Counted from the stretch's first letter, positions 17,151 through 26,072 are shown. The stretch: DNA of 64,000 bases from Eubacteriales bacterium (GCA_045655185.1 JAZOOS010000026.1:9505-73504), one strand, 5' to 3'. Program-made: numbers and translations. The notes: generated from the letters alone by a model not told the origin.

Positions 17151-17300
17151 GCCCTTTTTTTGCATTTTTTTATTTTTTTATTTTTTCCTTACGAGAAAAG
17201 GCTTTTTTGCGCTTTCTCTCCCTTTTTTTTCTTGACGGATATCCGCGTTTGTGCTACTATAGCGGTAAGAGTATTGCATTTTCCGAAAGGGGGTAGAGGG

Positions 17301-17864
17301 GTGCCGGCAAAAGAACGCCTTACGAAAAAAGAGATCGAGATCGATATCAAAAGAAACCTAAAGGCGCCAAAGGAGATGACCGAGGATACCTACAAAAAAT
17401 GGTCGGCCATCGGATATGCCTTGGCCATTCCGATCGTTGTCTTGTTCTTTGTGAATTATCGGATCGCCCTATGGGCGTTCTTCTCGCTTGCCGCGCTGGA
17501 AATCCTTTTGTTGGTCGCGCGTTTTTCAGGTAAACGCCGCCAAAGCCGCACGGCAACGATCGAGGATTACGAGATCACCGTTGCCCCCCTTTTGCACAGC
17601 AAGGCTGAGCGGTACGCGCAAAAAGAATGGTCGAGAAAGCGCCGTGTGACCCGCCGGATCGAAAACTATTTTTTGGCCTTTGAAGGTCGAGACCTTTATC
17701 AGATCCCGGAAGAGAATTACCGTTGGAGCCGTGAATACGTGCTTTCCGATTTCTTTATCTTTCAAAACGCGCATCGGGGCGATGCGTTTATCTTGGCGAT
17801 CCGAAAAGAAACCGGAGAGATCGCCGCGGTCTACCCCACCGCCTTTTTCGATTATAAGGAATGA
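17301..17864 (+). CDS. hypothetical 2-TM membrane protein (paralog of 15195..15722)
   Basis: ORF 17085..17864. Preferred GTG start at 17301, after AAAGGGGG and a TTGACG-17-TACTAT promoter (17232-17260). The C-terminus ...AAVYPTAFFDYKE matches its paralog. Confidence 0.55.
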   Translation: MPAKERLTKKEIEIDIKRNLKAPKEMTEDTYKKWSAIGYALAIPIVVLFFVNYRIALWAFFSLAALEILLLVARFSGKRRQSRTATIEDYEITVAPLLHSKAERYAQKEWSRKRRVTRRIENYFLAFEGRDLYQIPEENYRWSREYVLSDFFIFQNAHRGDAFILAIRKETGEIAAVYPTAFFDYKE

Positions 17865-17904
17865 ATTTCGGCGTATGCCGCAAAAAAACTCTTGAAAGGA
17901 GAAT

Positions 17905-18360
17905 ATGGATATGGCTTACGAGTATTCCTATGACAAAGAAGAGAAAAAATACGAGGCGCCAAAGCTGAAAACCAACCGCTCGATGTTGAAGCTGAATATC
18001 CTCGGTATTCTGACGCTTGGCCTTTACAGCATTTTCTTCTATATCCCCTTTTCCTTTGATTTGGATAAGGTGGCGCCGAAAAGAGACGGCACCAAAACCA
18101 TGAACTTCCTTTTTGCCTATTTCCTTTCGATTTTCACCTTTTCGCTCGTGATCGATATATGGCATTATCATATTGCCGAGCGGATAGAGGAGGCGTTGGG
18201 GGCGAGAGGGATCGACTATGAATTCGGTCCGTCCGATTTCTGGTGCTGGCTGATTTTGGGGAGCCTGATTCTGGTGGGGCCCTTCGTTTATACCTATAAG
18301 CTTTGCAAGGCGATGAACCTGCTGTGCGCGCATTATAACGAAAACCCGTCTCTTGGGTAA
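17905..18360 (+). CDS. DUF4234-like small membrane protein
   Basis: 151 aa. RSMLKLNILGILTLGLYSIFFY plus a second TM pair; resembles DUF4234 proteins (from memory). Confidence 0.5.
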   Translation: MDMAYEYSYDKEEKKYEAPKLKTNRSMLKLNILGILTLGLYSIFFYIPFSFDLDKVAPKRDGTKTMNFLFAYFLSIFTFSLVIDIWHYHIAERIEEALGARGIDYEFGPSDFWCWLILGSLILVGPFVYTYKLCKAMNLLCAHYNENPSLG

Positions 18361-18412
18361 ACAGCGCCGCAACGGGCGCAGAATTTCATTATATATAAAA
18401 AGGAGAAAAAGA

Positions 18413-19228
18413 ATGTATAAGATCGGACTGTCTACCTACGGGTTTGACCTGGATGAAGCGAATTTCCAAAAGCTTCGCGAAAGCGGGATCGCCGCGGTGG
18501 AGATCTCTAAAAAATACAACGAGTACGATGACGTTGATTACAAAGCGGTCGGGGCGCTTTCACGGCAATACGGCGTGGGGGTCTGGTCCTTTCACCTGCC
18601 CTTTTCGCTGCTGGACGATATTTCCGCCCCTGACAAAGAGATCTACCAAAAGACGATCACCCGCCATAAGGGGCTGATCGAGATCGGGTCGGAGCTTGGG
18701 GCGCAGCGCTTCGTTCTTCATCCGAGTGCCGAGCCCATTCGCCCCGAGGACCGCGAGGAAAAGATCAAGCTTTCGATGCAAGCCTTGGATATTCTGGCCG
18801 AGCATGCCCACCGAAACGGCGCGGTGATCGCGGTCGAGGATCTGCCCAGAACCTGCCTTGGCAACACCGCCGAGGAGATGCTTCGCCTTATCAGCGCCAA
18901 CGATAAGCTGCGCGTTTGCTTCGATACCAACCACCTTTTGCAGGGGTCGATCGCCGATTTTATGAAGAAGCTCGGCAACAAGATCACGACGCTTCATATC
19001 TCAGACTACGATTTTATCGACGAAAAGCACTGGCTCCCCGGGGAGGGGGGGATCGACTGGGTCGAGTTTTACCAAATGCTTCAGGCGATCGGGTATGACG
19101 GCGTCTTTATGTACGAGGTGGGCTTGCAATGCCCCAAAACGCTTTCTCGCCGCGACCTTTGCTTTGCCGATTACGTAGAGAACGCAAAGGCGCTGTTTGC
19201 GGGCGTCACCCCGCCGCGCATTGATTGA
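18413..19228 (+). CDS. sugar phosphate isomerase/epimerase (xylose isomerase-like TIM barrel) family protein
   Basis: ORF 18353..19228. Start MYKIGLSTYGF after AGGAGAAA. ...FHLPF..., RFVLHPS, IAVEDL, DTNH and the HISD...HWLPGEG pattern. Confidence 0.75.
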   Translation: MYKIGLSTYGFDLDEANFQKLRESGIAAVEISKKYNEYDDVDYKAVGALSRQYGVGVWSFHLPFSLLDDISAPDKEIYQKTITRHKGLIEIGSELGAQRFVLHPSAEPIRPEDREEKIKLSMQALDILAEHAHRNGAVIAVEDLPRTCLGNTAEEMLRLISANDKLRVCFDTNHLLQGSIADFMKKLGNKITTLHISDYDFIDEKHWLPGEGGIDWVEFYQMLQAIGYDGVFMYEVGLQCPKTLSRRDLCFADYVENAKALFAGVTPPRID

Positions 19229-19288
19229 AAAAGGCGGCAAATTTTCGGTAAAAAGCCGAAAAAAGTTGTTTTTTCTTCAAAAAACCCC

Positions 19289-19317
19289 TTGACGGGTGTC
19301 GAAATCCGTGTTATAAT
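19289..19317 (+). promoter_or_regulatory. sigma-A type promoter of the riboswitch-agcS transcript
   Basis: TTGACG (19289-19294), 17 nt, TATAAT (19312-19317). Confidence 0.65.
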
Positions 19318-19337
19318 GACGCATCAATTGAATAAAT

Positions 19338-19506
19338 CCGAATGAAGTGTGCAGGAAAGTGTGGCAACACAGCCGAAGGAGTAACGCTCTCAGGTGTCCG
19401 CAAGGATAGAGACTGTATGCTGACGGATCTTTGGAGACGCCCACGTACGTGGGGGCCGAAGGGGCAAGCGCTGTGGCGCCAATCTCTCAGGCAAAAGGAC
19501 AAAGAG
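19338..19506 (+). promoter_or_regulatory. tandem glycine riboswitch
   Basis: Aptamer 2: GGAGACGCCC...GGGGGCCGAAGGGGCAAGCG...CTCTCAGGCAAAAGGACAAAG. Aptamer 1 (more degenerate): GCAGGAAAGTG...CAGCCGAAGGAGTAACGCTCTCAGGTGTCCGCAAGGATAGAG. Located upstream of an alanine/glycine symporter, a classical context. Confidence 0.8.
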
Positions 19507-19560
19507 CGAACCTTTTCGCATTTTTTGTTTTTTACGGGGCGTTTCGTACGCCCCTTTTTT
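19505..19560 (+). terminator. two consecutive leader terminators (expression platform)
   Basis: GCGAA-CCTT-TTCGC+ATTTTTTGTTTTTT, then GGGGCG-TTTCGTA-CGCCCC+TTTTTT. Confidence 0.6.
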
Positions 19561-19592
19561 GTTGTTTATTTTATGTTTCTTTGGAGGAAATT

Positions 19593-21137
19593 ATGGAACA
19601 GTTTATCAATGGCGTCACAAACGTCAACAACGCCGTCAACGGCGCGGTATGGGGTCTTCCCGGCCTCATCCTTCTCATCGGTACCGGCATTTTGCTGACC
19701 GTGCTCACCAAGGTCTTTCAGGTGCGGCACGTCGGGCATTGGTGGAAGCAAACCATCGCCAGTGTCTTTAAAAAGGACAGCAAAAGCACCAAGCAGACCG
19801 ACAAAAAGAGCATCTCGCAATTCCAAGCGCTTTGCGCCGCCCTTGCCGCCACGGTCGGCACGGGAAATATCGCGGGCGTTGCCGCCGCGATCGTAACGGG
19901 TGGCCCCGGCGCGGTTTTCTGGATGTGGTTCGCCGCCTTCTTCGGAATGATGACCAACTTCTCGGAAAACCTGCTCGGCATCTACTACCGCCGCCGCAAC
20001 AAGGACGGCGAGTGGTCGGGTGGCCCGATGTATTATCTGTGCGACGGGCTTGGCAAGCGCTACGGCAAGAAGTGGCTTTCGCCGACCTCGAAGGTCTTGG
20101 CGGTCCTCTTCTCTTGCTTTGCCATCCTTGCTTCCTTCGGTATCGGAAACATGGCGCAGATCAATAAGATCGTTCTTAACATGGACGCCGCCTTCTTCCA
20201 GAACGCCAGCCTCGGCGTGATCCCCGGCACCGATATCAATATCATCCACCTGCTGCTTGGCATTTTCCTGCTTATCATCGGCGCCCTCATTATCATCGGC
20301 GGGTTGAAGCGTATTGCCCGCTTTGCCGAGATCGTTGTTCCGATCATGGCTATCGTTTACGTCCTCGGCTCGCTCATCATCGTTTGCATCAACATCAGCC
20401 AGGTTGGCCCGATGTTCGTTTCGATCTTCAAGTTTGCCTTTACGCCTGCCGCCTTCCTTGGCGGTGGGATCGGCGTTCTCATCAAAAAGACGATGACGCA
20501 GGGCTTCAAGCGCGGCGTTTTCTCGAACGAGGCGGGTCTTGGCTCTTCGGTCATGGTTCACTCTTCCTCGAACGTCAAAGAGCCGGTCAAGCAGGGTATG
20601 TGGGGCATCTTTGAGGTCTTCTTCGATACCATGATCGTTTGCACCATGACGGCGGTCGTCGTTCTTTCGACCGGCTATATCGATCTTGCCACCGGTACGC
20701 CCGTGGCGGGCATCAACGGCGATACGCTGGTTTCGACCGCGTTTGGTAAATACTTCGGCGCCCCCGGCACCTGGTTCGTGGCGATCGCGATGCTCTTCTT
20801 CGCCTTTACCACGGTTCTCGGCTGGTCGCAATACGGCTCGAAGGCGGTCGAATACCTCTTCGGCACGAAGGGCGTGAAGGTCTATCGCTTCATCTTTGTC
20901 GCGATGATCGTTTCGGGTGCTATTATGGAGGGTGGCCTTGCCTGGGATCTTTCGGATACCTTCAACGGGCTGATGATGATCCCGAACCTTATCGGTGTTC
21001 TGGCGCTCTTCCCCTTGGTCGTTAAGATCACGAAGAACTACGTCGACCGTAAGATCTTTAAAAAGGATATCGCCCCGCTTCTTTCCTACGACCCCGAAAT
21101 TCAGGCGGAGATGGAAAGAACGCTTGACGAGGAATAA
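19593..21137 (+). CDS. agcS: alanine/glycine:cation (sodium) symporter, AGCS family
   Basis: ORF 19431..21137. Start MEQFINGVTNVNNAVNGAVWG after GGAGGAAA. FQALCAALAATVGTGNIAGVAAAI and SNEAGLGS motifs. Confidence 0.85.
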   Translation: MEQFINGVTNVNNAVNGAVWGLPGLILLIGTGILLTVLTKVFQVRHVGHWWKQTIASVFKKDSKSTKQTDKKSISQFQALCAALAATVGTGNIAGVAAAIVTGGPGAVFWMWFAAFFGMMTNFSENLLGIYYRRRNKDGEWSGGPMYYLCDGLGKRYGKKWLSPTSKVLAVLFSCFAILASFGIGNMAQINKIVLNMDAAFFQNASLGVIPGTDINIIHLLLGIFLLIIGALIIIGGLKRIARFAEIVVPIMAIVYVLGSLIIVCINISQVGPMFVSIFKFAFTPAAFLGGGIGVLIKKTMTQGFKRGVFSNEAGLGSSVMVHSSSNVKEPVKQGMWGIFEVFFDTMIVCTMTAVVVLSTGYIDLATGTPVAGINGDTLVSTAFGKYFGAPGTWFVAIAMLFFAFTTVLGWSQYGSKAVEYLFGTKGVKVYRFIFVAMIVSGAIMEGGLAWDLSDTFNGLMMIPNLIGVLALFPLVVKITKNYVDRKIFKKDIAPLLSYDPEIQAEMERTLDEE

Positions 21138-21152
21138 ATCCAAAAGCAACGC

Positions 21153-21190
21153 AAAGGCACTTGTGGAATTTTTGCCGCAAGTGCCTTTTT
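21153..21190 (+). terminator. intrinsic terminator
   Basis: AAAGGCACTTGTGG-AATTTTT-GCCGCAAGTGCC-TTTTT. Confidence 0.7.
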
Positions 21191-21194
21191 GATA

Positions 21195-21400
21195 TACGGA
21201 CGGATCACCCCCGTGCAAGGGGAGGTGGCTTGCGAAGCAAGACGGAAGGGTTGCTAAAACAATCCCTCACCGCCTGCGGCGGAGCTCCCTTTACACAAGG
21301 GAGCCTTTCTTCCACCATGCCCGATCTTTTGCTATGGAAGGATAAAACCTTCGATTTTTGTAGAGTAGGGGCGGCCATTGGCCGTCCGCGCGAAACGAGC
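21195..21400. repeat. hairpin-rich repeat tract upstream of cassette 1
   Basis: GCTTGC-GAA-GCAAG, CCGCC-TGC-GGCGG, GCTCCCTT-TACAC-AAGGGAGC, CTTCCA...TGGAAG+GATAAAACC, TAGGGGCGGCCATTGGCCGTCC. Confidence 0.7.
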
Positions 21401-21456
21401 AAATCGCTATCCCCGTTTTCACCGAAATATGCGTTATAATAGGGGCGCAAACCGAA

Positions 21457-21485
21457 TTGACGGCGAGTGATTTTTGATGTATAAT
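21457..21485 (+). promoter_or_regulatory. promoter of toxin cassette 1
   Basis: TTGACG, 17 nt, TATAAT. The same element is present upstream of cassettes 2 and 3. Confidence 0.65.
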
Positions 21486-21498
21486 AAAGGAGAATACG

Positions 21499-22040
21499 AT
21501 GAGCTCTGTTACAGAAGCGAATCCTTACGTTTTGGGAAACAGCAAAACGTGGAAGAATTGGCAAGCCAACTATAAAGAGCCGAGAACCTGCCTGCCGTGC
21601 GAAGATAAGCATGGGAAGATCTATCCTTTTCTTCAAGTTTAAAAATCCCCGAGCATCTGTTTTGTCGATGCGAAATTGTTCCAATGCGAACAAAACAAGT
21701 GGGGACAGCCACCGATAAAGGCTTTGGCTGGGCCGATGCTTGGTTGATGTATCGGGGCAGGTTGCCGGATTGTTATATTACAAAGAGAGATGCGCTGAAA
21801 ATGGGATGGAAATCTAACAAACAAAACTTGGCAGATGTTTGTCCGGAAAAGCTAATAGGAAATGTACCATATCGTAACTACGAGGGAAAACTTCCTATTA
21901 AGGCTGATCGAAGCTGGTATGAGGCAGATTTTGATTATATTGGCAACGATAGAGGGGCAAACAGAATTTTATATTCGAACGATGGCTTAATCTTTGTCAG
22001 CTACGATCATGCAAAAACTTTTTATGAATTAGTGAAATAA
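21499..22040 (+). pseudogene. mini-MuF - barnase-like RNase toxin, frameshifted (cassette 1)
   Basis: MSSVTEANPYVLGNSKTWKNWQANYKEPRTCLPCEDKHGKIYPF then TAA at 21640-21642. Relative to copies 2 and 3, one C is missing in TATCC(C)TTTT at about 21626. The shifted frame continues ...SSSLKIPEHLFCRCEIVPMRTKQVGT... through the full barnase-like domain (track ORF 21684..22040). Confidence 0.8.
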
Positions 22041-22052
22041 AGAGGTGACATT

Positions 22053-22373
22053 GTGCTGAACACATATAAATACAAAGTCGATTTTTCGGGCGTGGAGGAT
22101 TATTGGGATATCCACGGCATACTTAAAGAAAGCTTGAATTTTCCCGATTATTACGGCGGTCATTTGGACGCGCTTTTTGATTGCCTTACCGATATGCTTG
22201 GCGCCATTTCGATAATTGAAATACACGGAATAGAAAAACTTGAAAAGTATGACGGGTATGACAAAAGGGTGATTGATGTTTTTCGTGACGCAAAGCATGT
22301 TTATGATGAATTTTCCGACCGCTTCTTCGTTACGATCGTTCATGAGGACGGCACGCGCGAAGAAATCGTATAG
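22053..22373 (+). CDS. barstar-like immunity protein (cassette 1)
   Basis: 106 aa, GTG start. ILKESLNFPDYYGGHLDALFDCLTDML matches the barstar [23 protein letters not shown] motif. Confidence 0.8.
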   Translation: MLNTYKYKVDFSGVEDYWDIHGILKESLNFPDYYGGHLDALFDCLTDMLGAISIIEIHGIEKLEKYDGYDKRVIDVFRDAKHVYDEFSDRFFVTIVHEDGTREEIV

Positions 22374-22397
22374 CGGAAAGGGATAGAAAAAACGAGG

Positions 22398-22428
22398 AAA
22401 AGAGCAGAACCGCGGTTCTGCTCTTTTT
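22398..22428. terminator. terminator palindrome family member (bidirectional, shared with XRE gene)
   Basis: AAAAGAGCAGAACC-GCGG-TTCTGCTCTTTTT. Confidence 0.75.
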
Positions 22429-22642
22429 ATTTATACCGTTGCTTCTCGTCGGTCTCGCCGAGAAGGTAGTCAACACTCGTACCGTAAAAGCGCGCAAGAC
22501 GAATGAGAATGGCGGTTGGAATATCATTTTCCCCGGTTTCGTATTTCGAATAGCCGGTTTGCGACATGCCCAGCATTTTCGCGATCTCGGTTTGATTCAT
22601 ATCAAGGTCCTCTCGCAGGTTCCGTATCCTTGGATATTTCAT
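22427..22642 (-). CDS. XRE family HTH transcriptional regulator
   Basis: 71 aa. IRNLREDLDMNQTEIAKMLGMSQTGYSKYETGENDIPTAILIRLARFYGTSVDYLLG. Confidence 0.85.
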   Translation of the reverse strand: MKYPRIRNLREDLDMNQTEIAKMLGMSQTGYSKYETGENDIPTAILIRLARFYGTSVDYLLGETDEKQRYK

Positions 22643-22682
22643 GCTTCACACTCCTGTAACAAGCTTATACTCATTATAGGAT

Positions 22683-22727
22683 AATCTGTTTCAGGCTATT
22701 GACTTTTAACCTTAAACAGGTTATAAT
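22683..22727 (+). promoter_or_regulatory. divergent promoter with two related operator-like sites
   Basis: TTGACT (22699-22704), 17 nt, TATAAT (22722-22727). AATCTGTTTCAGGCT (22683-22697) and AACCTTAAACAGGTT (22708-22722) are 25 bp apart; the second lies in the spacer. Confidence 0.55.
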
Positions 22728-22783
22728 TTTTCTTGAATATTTCTGCTTGCTTTCCTTCTTGCGGCTTTATGATGAGGTGAAAA

Positions 22784-23131
22784 ATGGTAGGCTTTATTGC
22801 TTTTCTTTTTTTGGTAATGGGCGGTGCTGTGCTGACGGTTCGATATATTGTTGCGAAAAAATTTGAGGAGATAGCCAAGCAAAAGGGCTACGGGAAAGAA
22901 GCTCACGCTTTTGCGATGTGCTTCTGGCTTGGCGTTTTTGGGGCTTTGTACGTTATTGCGTTACCCGATCGTATGTTTTTACCCGACGAGGCGAAGAAAA
23001 TACAGCAAAAAGCGGCTTCCCGTTCCAAAAAACCTCGGCGGCATCCGTGCCCTTGCTGCCGATTGCCGATCCGATACGGAGCAGAAGCATGCCCCTTTTG
23101 CCATCAGCTTATTGAGTGGCCCTCGGAATAA
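22784..23131 (+). CDS. small membrane protein with C-terminal zinc ribbon
   Basis: 115 aa, 2 TM, C-terminal CPCCRLPIRYGAEACPFCHQLIEWPSE. Paralog at 31412..31822. Confidence 0.6.
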   Translation: MVGFIAFLFLVMGGAVLTVRYIVAKKFEEIAKQKGYGKEAHAFAMCFWLGVFGALYVIALPDRMFLPDEAKKIQQKAASRSKKPRRHPCPCCRLPIRYGAEACPFCHQLIEWPSE

Positions 23132-23140
23132 AAGAAAAGG

Positions 23141-23170
23141 AAAAGAGCAGAACCGCGGTTCTGCTCTTTT
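23141..23170. terminator. terminator palindrome family member
   Basis: AAAAGAGCAGAACC-GCGG-TTCTGCTCTTTT. Confidence 0.7.
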
Positions 23171-23216
23171 CCTTTTGCATACAATAAAAAAAGGCAAAAA
23201 TTTTTTTGTAAACCCC

Positions 23217-23245
23217 TTGACAGTCACGTGACCGTGTGATATAAT
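23217..23245 (+). promoter_or_regulatory. promoter of the DUF1836-NfeD-flotillin operon with spacer palindrome
   Basis: TTGACA, 17 nt, TATAAT. The spacer begins with the perfect palindrome GTCACGTGAC. Confidence 0.6.
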
Positions 23246-23294
23246 CAAAGCACATAACGAAGAGATCAAAGAACGACGAAAAGGAGGAAGGGCG

Positions 23295-23852
23295 ATGAAG
23301 CTTGGGGCCTTACCGGGGACCACGATTGAAGTATCCCACCTTGAAAAAGACAGCGCGCGCCACGTATTCTCGCATATTTTTTCCGCCGGAGGGGTCGTGC
23401 TTTCGCAGCTTTCGCATATGACGGGGCTTGAACCGCATACGATCCAAAACTGGGTCAAGCGCGGCTTTCTTTCCCCACCGCAGCACCGCCAGTATACCGA
23501 ACGGCAGTTCGCGCGGGTGGTGATCATCAATCTCTTGCGGCAAAGCATGCAGATCGATAAGATCGTAGAGCTTTTGTCCTCGATCAACGGGAATCTTTCG
23601 GATGAGAGAGATGACCGTATTGATGACCCCACGCTTTACAATATGTTCGCTAATGTGCTTTGCGCCATCGGCGAGGGGTATCCGTCGCAAGAGGCGGTGA
23701 AGGCCGCCGCGCAAGGTGAGCTTGAAGGCTTTTCCGAACGCTACGCGGGGGATAAAAAACGGATCGAAAGGGTGCTTTCGGTTATGGTCTACGCGCATCT
23801 ATGCTCGGCCGCCAAGGCGCGGATCGATCACTTGCTTTGCACACTTGATTAA
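23295..23852 (+). CDS. DUF1836-like HTH protein
   Basis: 185 aa. LSQLSHMTGLEPHTIQNWVKRGFLSPPQHRQYTERQFARVVIINLLRQSMQIDKI resembles the DUF1836 signature (from memory). Confidence 0.55.
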   Translation: MKLGALPGTTIEVSHLEKDSARHVFSHIFSAGGVVLSQLSHMTGLEPHTIQNWVKRGFLSPPQHRQYTERQFARVVIINLLRQSMQIDKIVELLSSINGNLSDERDDRIDDPTLYNMFANVLCAIGEGYPSQEAVKAAAQGELEGFSERYAGDKKRIERVLSVMVYAHLCSAAKARIDHLLCTLD

Positions 23853-23866
23853 AGGAGGAGTTTGTT

Positions 23867-24484
23867 ATGTTAGGTCAATGGTTTGAGGCGCTCGGCCTTT
23901 TCGGGCAGATCTGCCTTTGCTTCGCCGTTCCTTCCTCGATCGTTTTACTCGTACAGATCGTGCTTTCGCTCCTTGGCCTTTCGGACGGCGGTATGGACCT
24001 TGCCGACGGGGCAGACGGGGAGCTACCCGATCTTCCCGACGATCTTGAGGATTTTTCGCCCGGCGACGTCGATCTTGGCGGCTTTCACATCCTTACGCTT
24101 CGTACGGTGATGGCCTTCTTCGTGTCCTTCGGCTGGATGGGCGTTTCGCTTGCGAATAACGCGCTTGCCCCGTGGGCGCAAATGCTGATCTCGATCGGCT
24201 TTGGGCTTGCTATGATGGCGCTGGTCGCCTTCTTGATGTGGGGGGTCTACCGCCTGCAAGCAGACGGCACCGCCCAAAACGTTAACGCCCTCGGCTCCTC
24301 GGGCACGGTGTATCTCACCGTCCCCGCCGAGCGGGTCGGCCACGGTAAGGTCAACGTGATGCTCCAAGGCGCGTACGTTGAGCGTGATGCCGTGACCGAT
24401 GAAAAGGCGCCCCTTTCCTACGGAACCGAGATCGTGGTCGTCGGTGTTTCGGGGGAAAACACCTTAGTCGTCGCCAAAAAATAA
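23867..24484 (+). CDS. NfeD-like membrane protein (flotillin partner)
   Basis: 205 aa, N-terminal TM helices, C-terminal OB-like GHGKVNVMLQGAYVERDAVTDEKAPLSYGTEIVVVGVSGENTLVV. Directly upstream of the flotillin gene. Confidence 0.7.
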   Translation: MLGQWFEALGLFGQICLCFAVPSSIVLLVQIVLSLLGLSDGGMDLADGADGELPDLPDDLEDFSPGDVDLGGFHILTLRTVMAFFVSFGWMGVSLANNALAPWAQMLISIGFGLAMMALVAFLMWGVYRLQADGTAQNVNALGSSGTVYLTVPAERVGHGKVNVMLQGAYVERDAVTDEKAPLSYGTEIVVVGVSGENTLVVAKK

Positions 24485-24519
24485 AAGATACAATTTTTAC
24501 AATATAAGGAGGAAAATTC

Positions 24520-25917
24520 ATGGGACCCATTTTAACCGCACTCATCGTCATCGTCGTTATCGCCTTGGCCATTCTTCTCTGGGCTTGCACGCGCTATCGC
24601 AAATGCCCCTCGGATAAGATCATGGTCATTTACGGTAAGGTCGGCAAAAACAAGGACGGCTCTGCCCGCAGTGCGACCTGTATGCACGGTGGCGCCCGCT
24701 TTATCGTACCCGTCATTCAATCGGTCGAATTCCTTGACCTGACCCCCATTTCGATCGGGGTCGACCTTCGCAACGCCCTTTCTCGCCAGAACATCCGTAT
24801 CGACGTTCCGTCGAGCTTCACCGTCGGTATCTCGACCGAGCCCGGCATCATGCAAAACGCCGCCGAGCGGCTTTTGGGGCTCCAGCTCTCCGAGATCCAG
24901 GATCTTGCCAAGGATATCATCTTCGGTCAGCTGCGTCTGGTTATCGCCACGATGGATATTGAAGAGATCAATACCGACCGCGATAAGTTCCTTGACGAGG
25001 TCAGCCGCAACGTAGAAACCGAGCTGAAAAAGATCGGGCTCCGTCTTATCAACGTAAACGTCACCGATATCTCGGATGAGTCGGGCTACATCACCGCTCT
25101 CGGTCGAGAGGCCGCCGCCAAGGCGATCAACGACGCGAAGAAGTCGGTTGCCGAAAAGAACCGCGACGGTGCGATCGGCGAAGCCAACGCCCAGAAGGAT
25201 GAGCGTATCAACGTTGCCCAAGCCAACTCGGTCGCCGTAAAGGGTGAAAACGATGCCAAGGGTGAGATCGCCCTGTCGAACGCCCAGTTGCGTGAAAAGG
25301 AGGCCGAGGCGCAAAGAATCGCCATCGCCGCCGAAAAGATCCAAGAGGCAAAGGCGTTAGAGGAAGCCTACGCCGCCGAAAAGGCCGCCGAAGAAGCCCG
25401 TAAGGCCAGAGAAAGAGCTTCGCTTGAAGCCGACGTTATCGTTAAGGCCGAGATCGAAAAGCGCCGCTTAGAGCTTGCCGCCGAGGCCGAGGCCGAGCAG
25501 ATCCGCCGCCGTGCCAAGGGTGAAGCCGACGCGATCTTCGCCAAGATGCAGGCCGAGGCAAACGGTATGAAGGAAATGCTGACCAAGCAGGCGGACGGCT
25601 TTGAAGAGCTGGTTCGCGCCGCGGGCGGCGGTGCCGACGAGGCGCTTCGCTTGATGATCGCCGATAAGCTCGAAGAGCTGATGAAGATCCAGGTAGAAGC
25701 GATCTCCAACATCAAGATCGACAAGGTCACCGTCTGGGATAACGGCGCGAATAGCGACGGCAAGACCGCGACCGCCGGATTTCTTTCGGGTATGATGAAG
25801 AGCGTGCCGCCGCTGGACGAGGTCTTCTCGATGGCGGGTATGTCGCTTCCCTCGATCCTCGGCTCCAAGAAGGAAGAGACCGCCGCGGTTGAGAAAAAAG
25901 ACGAAGCCGCCGAATAA
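24520..25917 (+). CDS. flotillin (SPFH/band-7) family protein
   Basis: 465 aa. N-terminal hairpin TM, an SPFH domain, then a long Ala/Glu-rich coiled coil (EAEAQRIAIAAEKIQEAKALEEAYAAEKAAEEARKARE...). Confidence 0.85.
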   Translation: MGPILTALIVIVVIALAILLWACTRYRKCPSDKIMVIYGKVGKNKDGSARSATCMHGGARFIVPVIQSVEFLDLTPISIGVDLRNALSRQNIRIDVPSSFTVGISTEPGIMQNAAERLLGLQLSEIQDLAKDIIFGQLRLVIATMDIEEINTDRDKFLDEVSRNVETELKKIGLRLINVNVTDISDESGYITALGREAAAKAINDAKKSVAEKNRDGAIGEANAQKDERINVAQANSVAVKGENDAKGEIALSNAQLREKEAEAQRIAIAAEKIQEAKALEEAYAAEKAAEEARKARERASLEADVIVKAEIEKRRLELAAEAEAEQIRRRAKGEADAIFAKMQAEANGMKEMLTKQADGFEELVRAAGGGADEALRLMIADKLEELMKIQVEAISNIKIDKVTVWDNGANSDGKTATAGFLSGMMKSVPPLDEVFSMAGMSLPSILGSKKEETAAVEKKDEAAE

Positions 25918-25957
25918 GCCGCCTTTCTTCAAAAAAGAAAAGAAAACTTTGCAAAAT

Positions 25958-25989
25958 AAAAGAGCAGAGCCGAGGCTCTGCTCTTTTTA
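25958..25989. terminator. terminator palindrome family member
   Basis: AAAAGAGCAGAGCC-GA-GGCTCTGCTCTTTTT. Confidence 0.7.
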
Positions 25990-26072
25990 CATCTACCCGC
26001 CGCCCGTTTGATGCAAGGCGATGCCGTGATGATATACCAAGGCAAGGCCTTGGATAAAAACCGTAGGTGTAG

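Noticed and set aside
21620-21645. Programmed ribosomal frameshifting at the cassette 1 break.
   Set aside because: Restoration would need a +1 shift at TATCCTTTT. I see no recognised +1 slippery or stall context, and the two paralogs encode the protein in a single frame.
21205-21693. A 'conserved protein family' on the minus strand (21205..21693, 25993..26547, 29171..29545), sharing ...ARQAGSRLFI..LPILPRFAVSQNVRIRFCNRAHRILLYYTSKI.RRQ.GLRPYYNAYF.
   Set aside because: The conservation is just the antisense of the conserved promoter and 5' coding part of the three toxin cassettes. The ORFs run through promoters and repeat tracts and have no start signals.
21684-22040. Treating track ORF 21684..22040 as an independent, intact barnase gene.
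   Set aside because: There is no SD-like sequence or promoter before this internal ATG. The reading frame is open upstream through the CRC motif and matches copies 2 and 3 up to a 1-nt deletion, so the frameshifted-pseudogene reading is more parsimonious.
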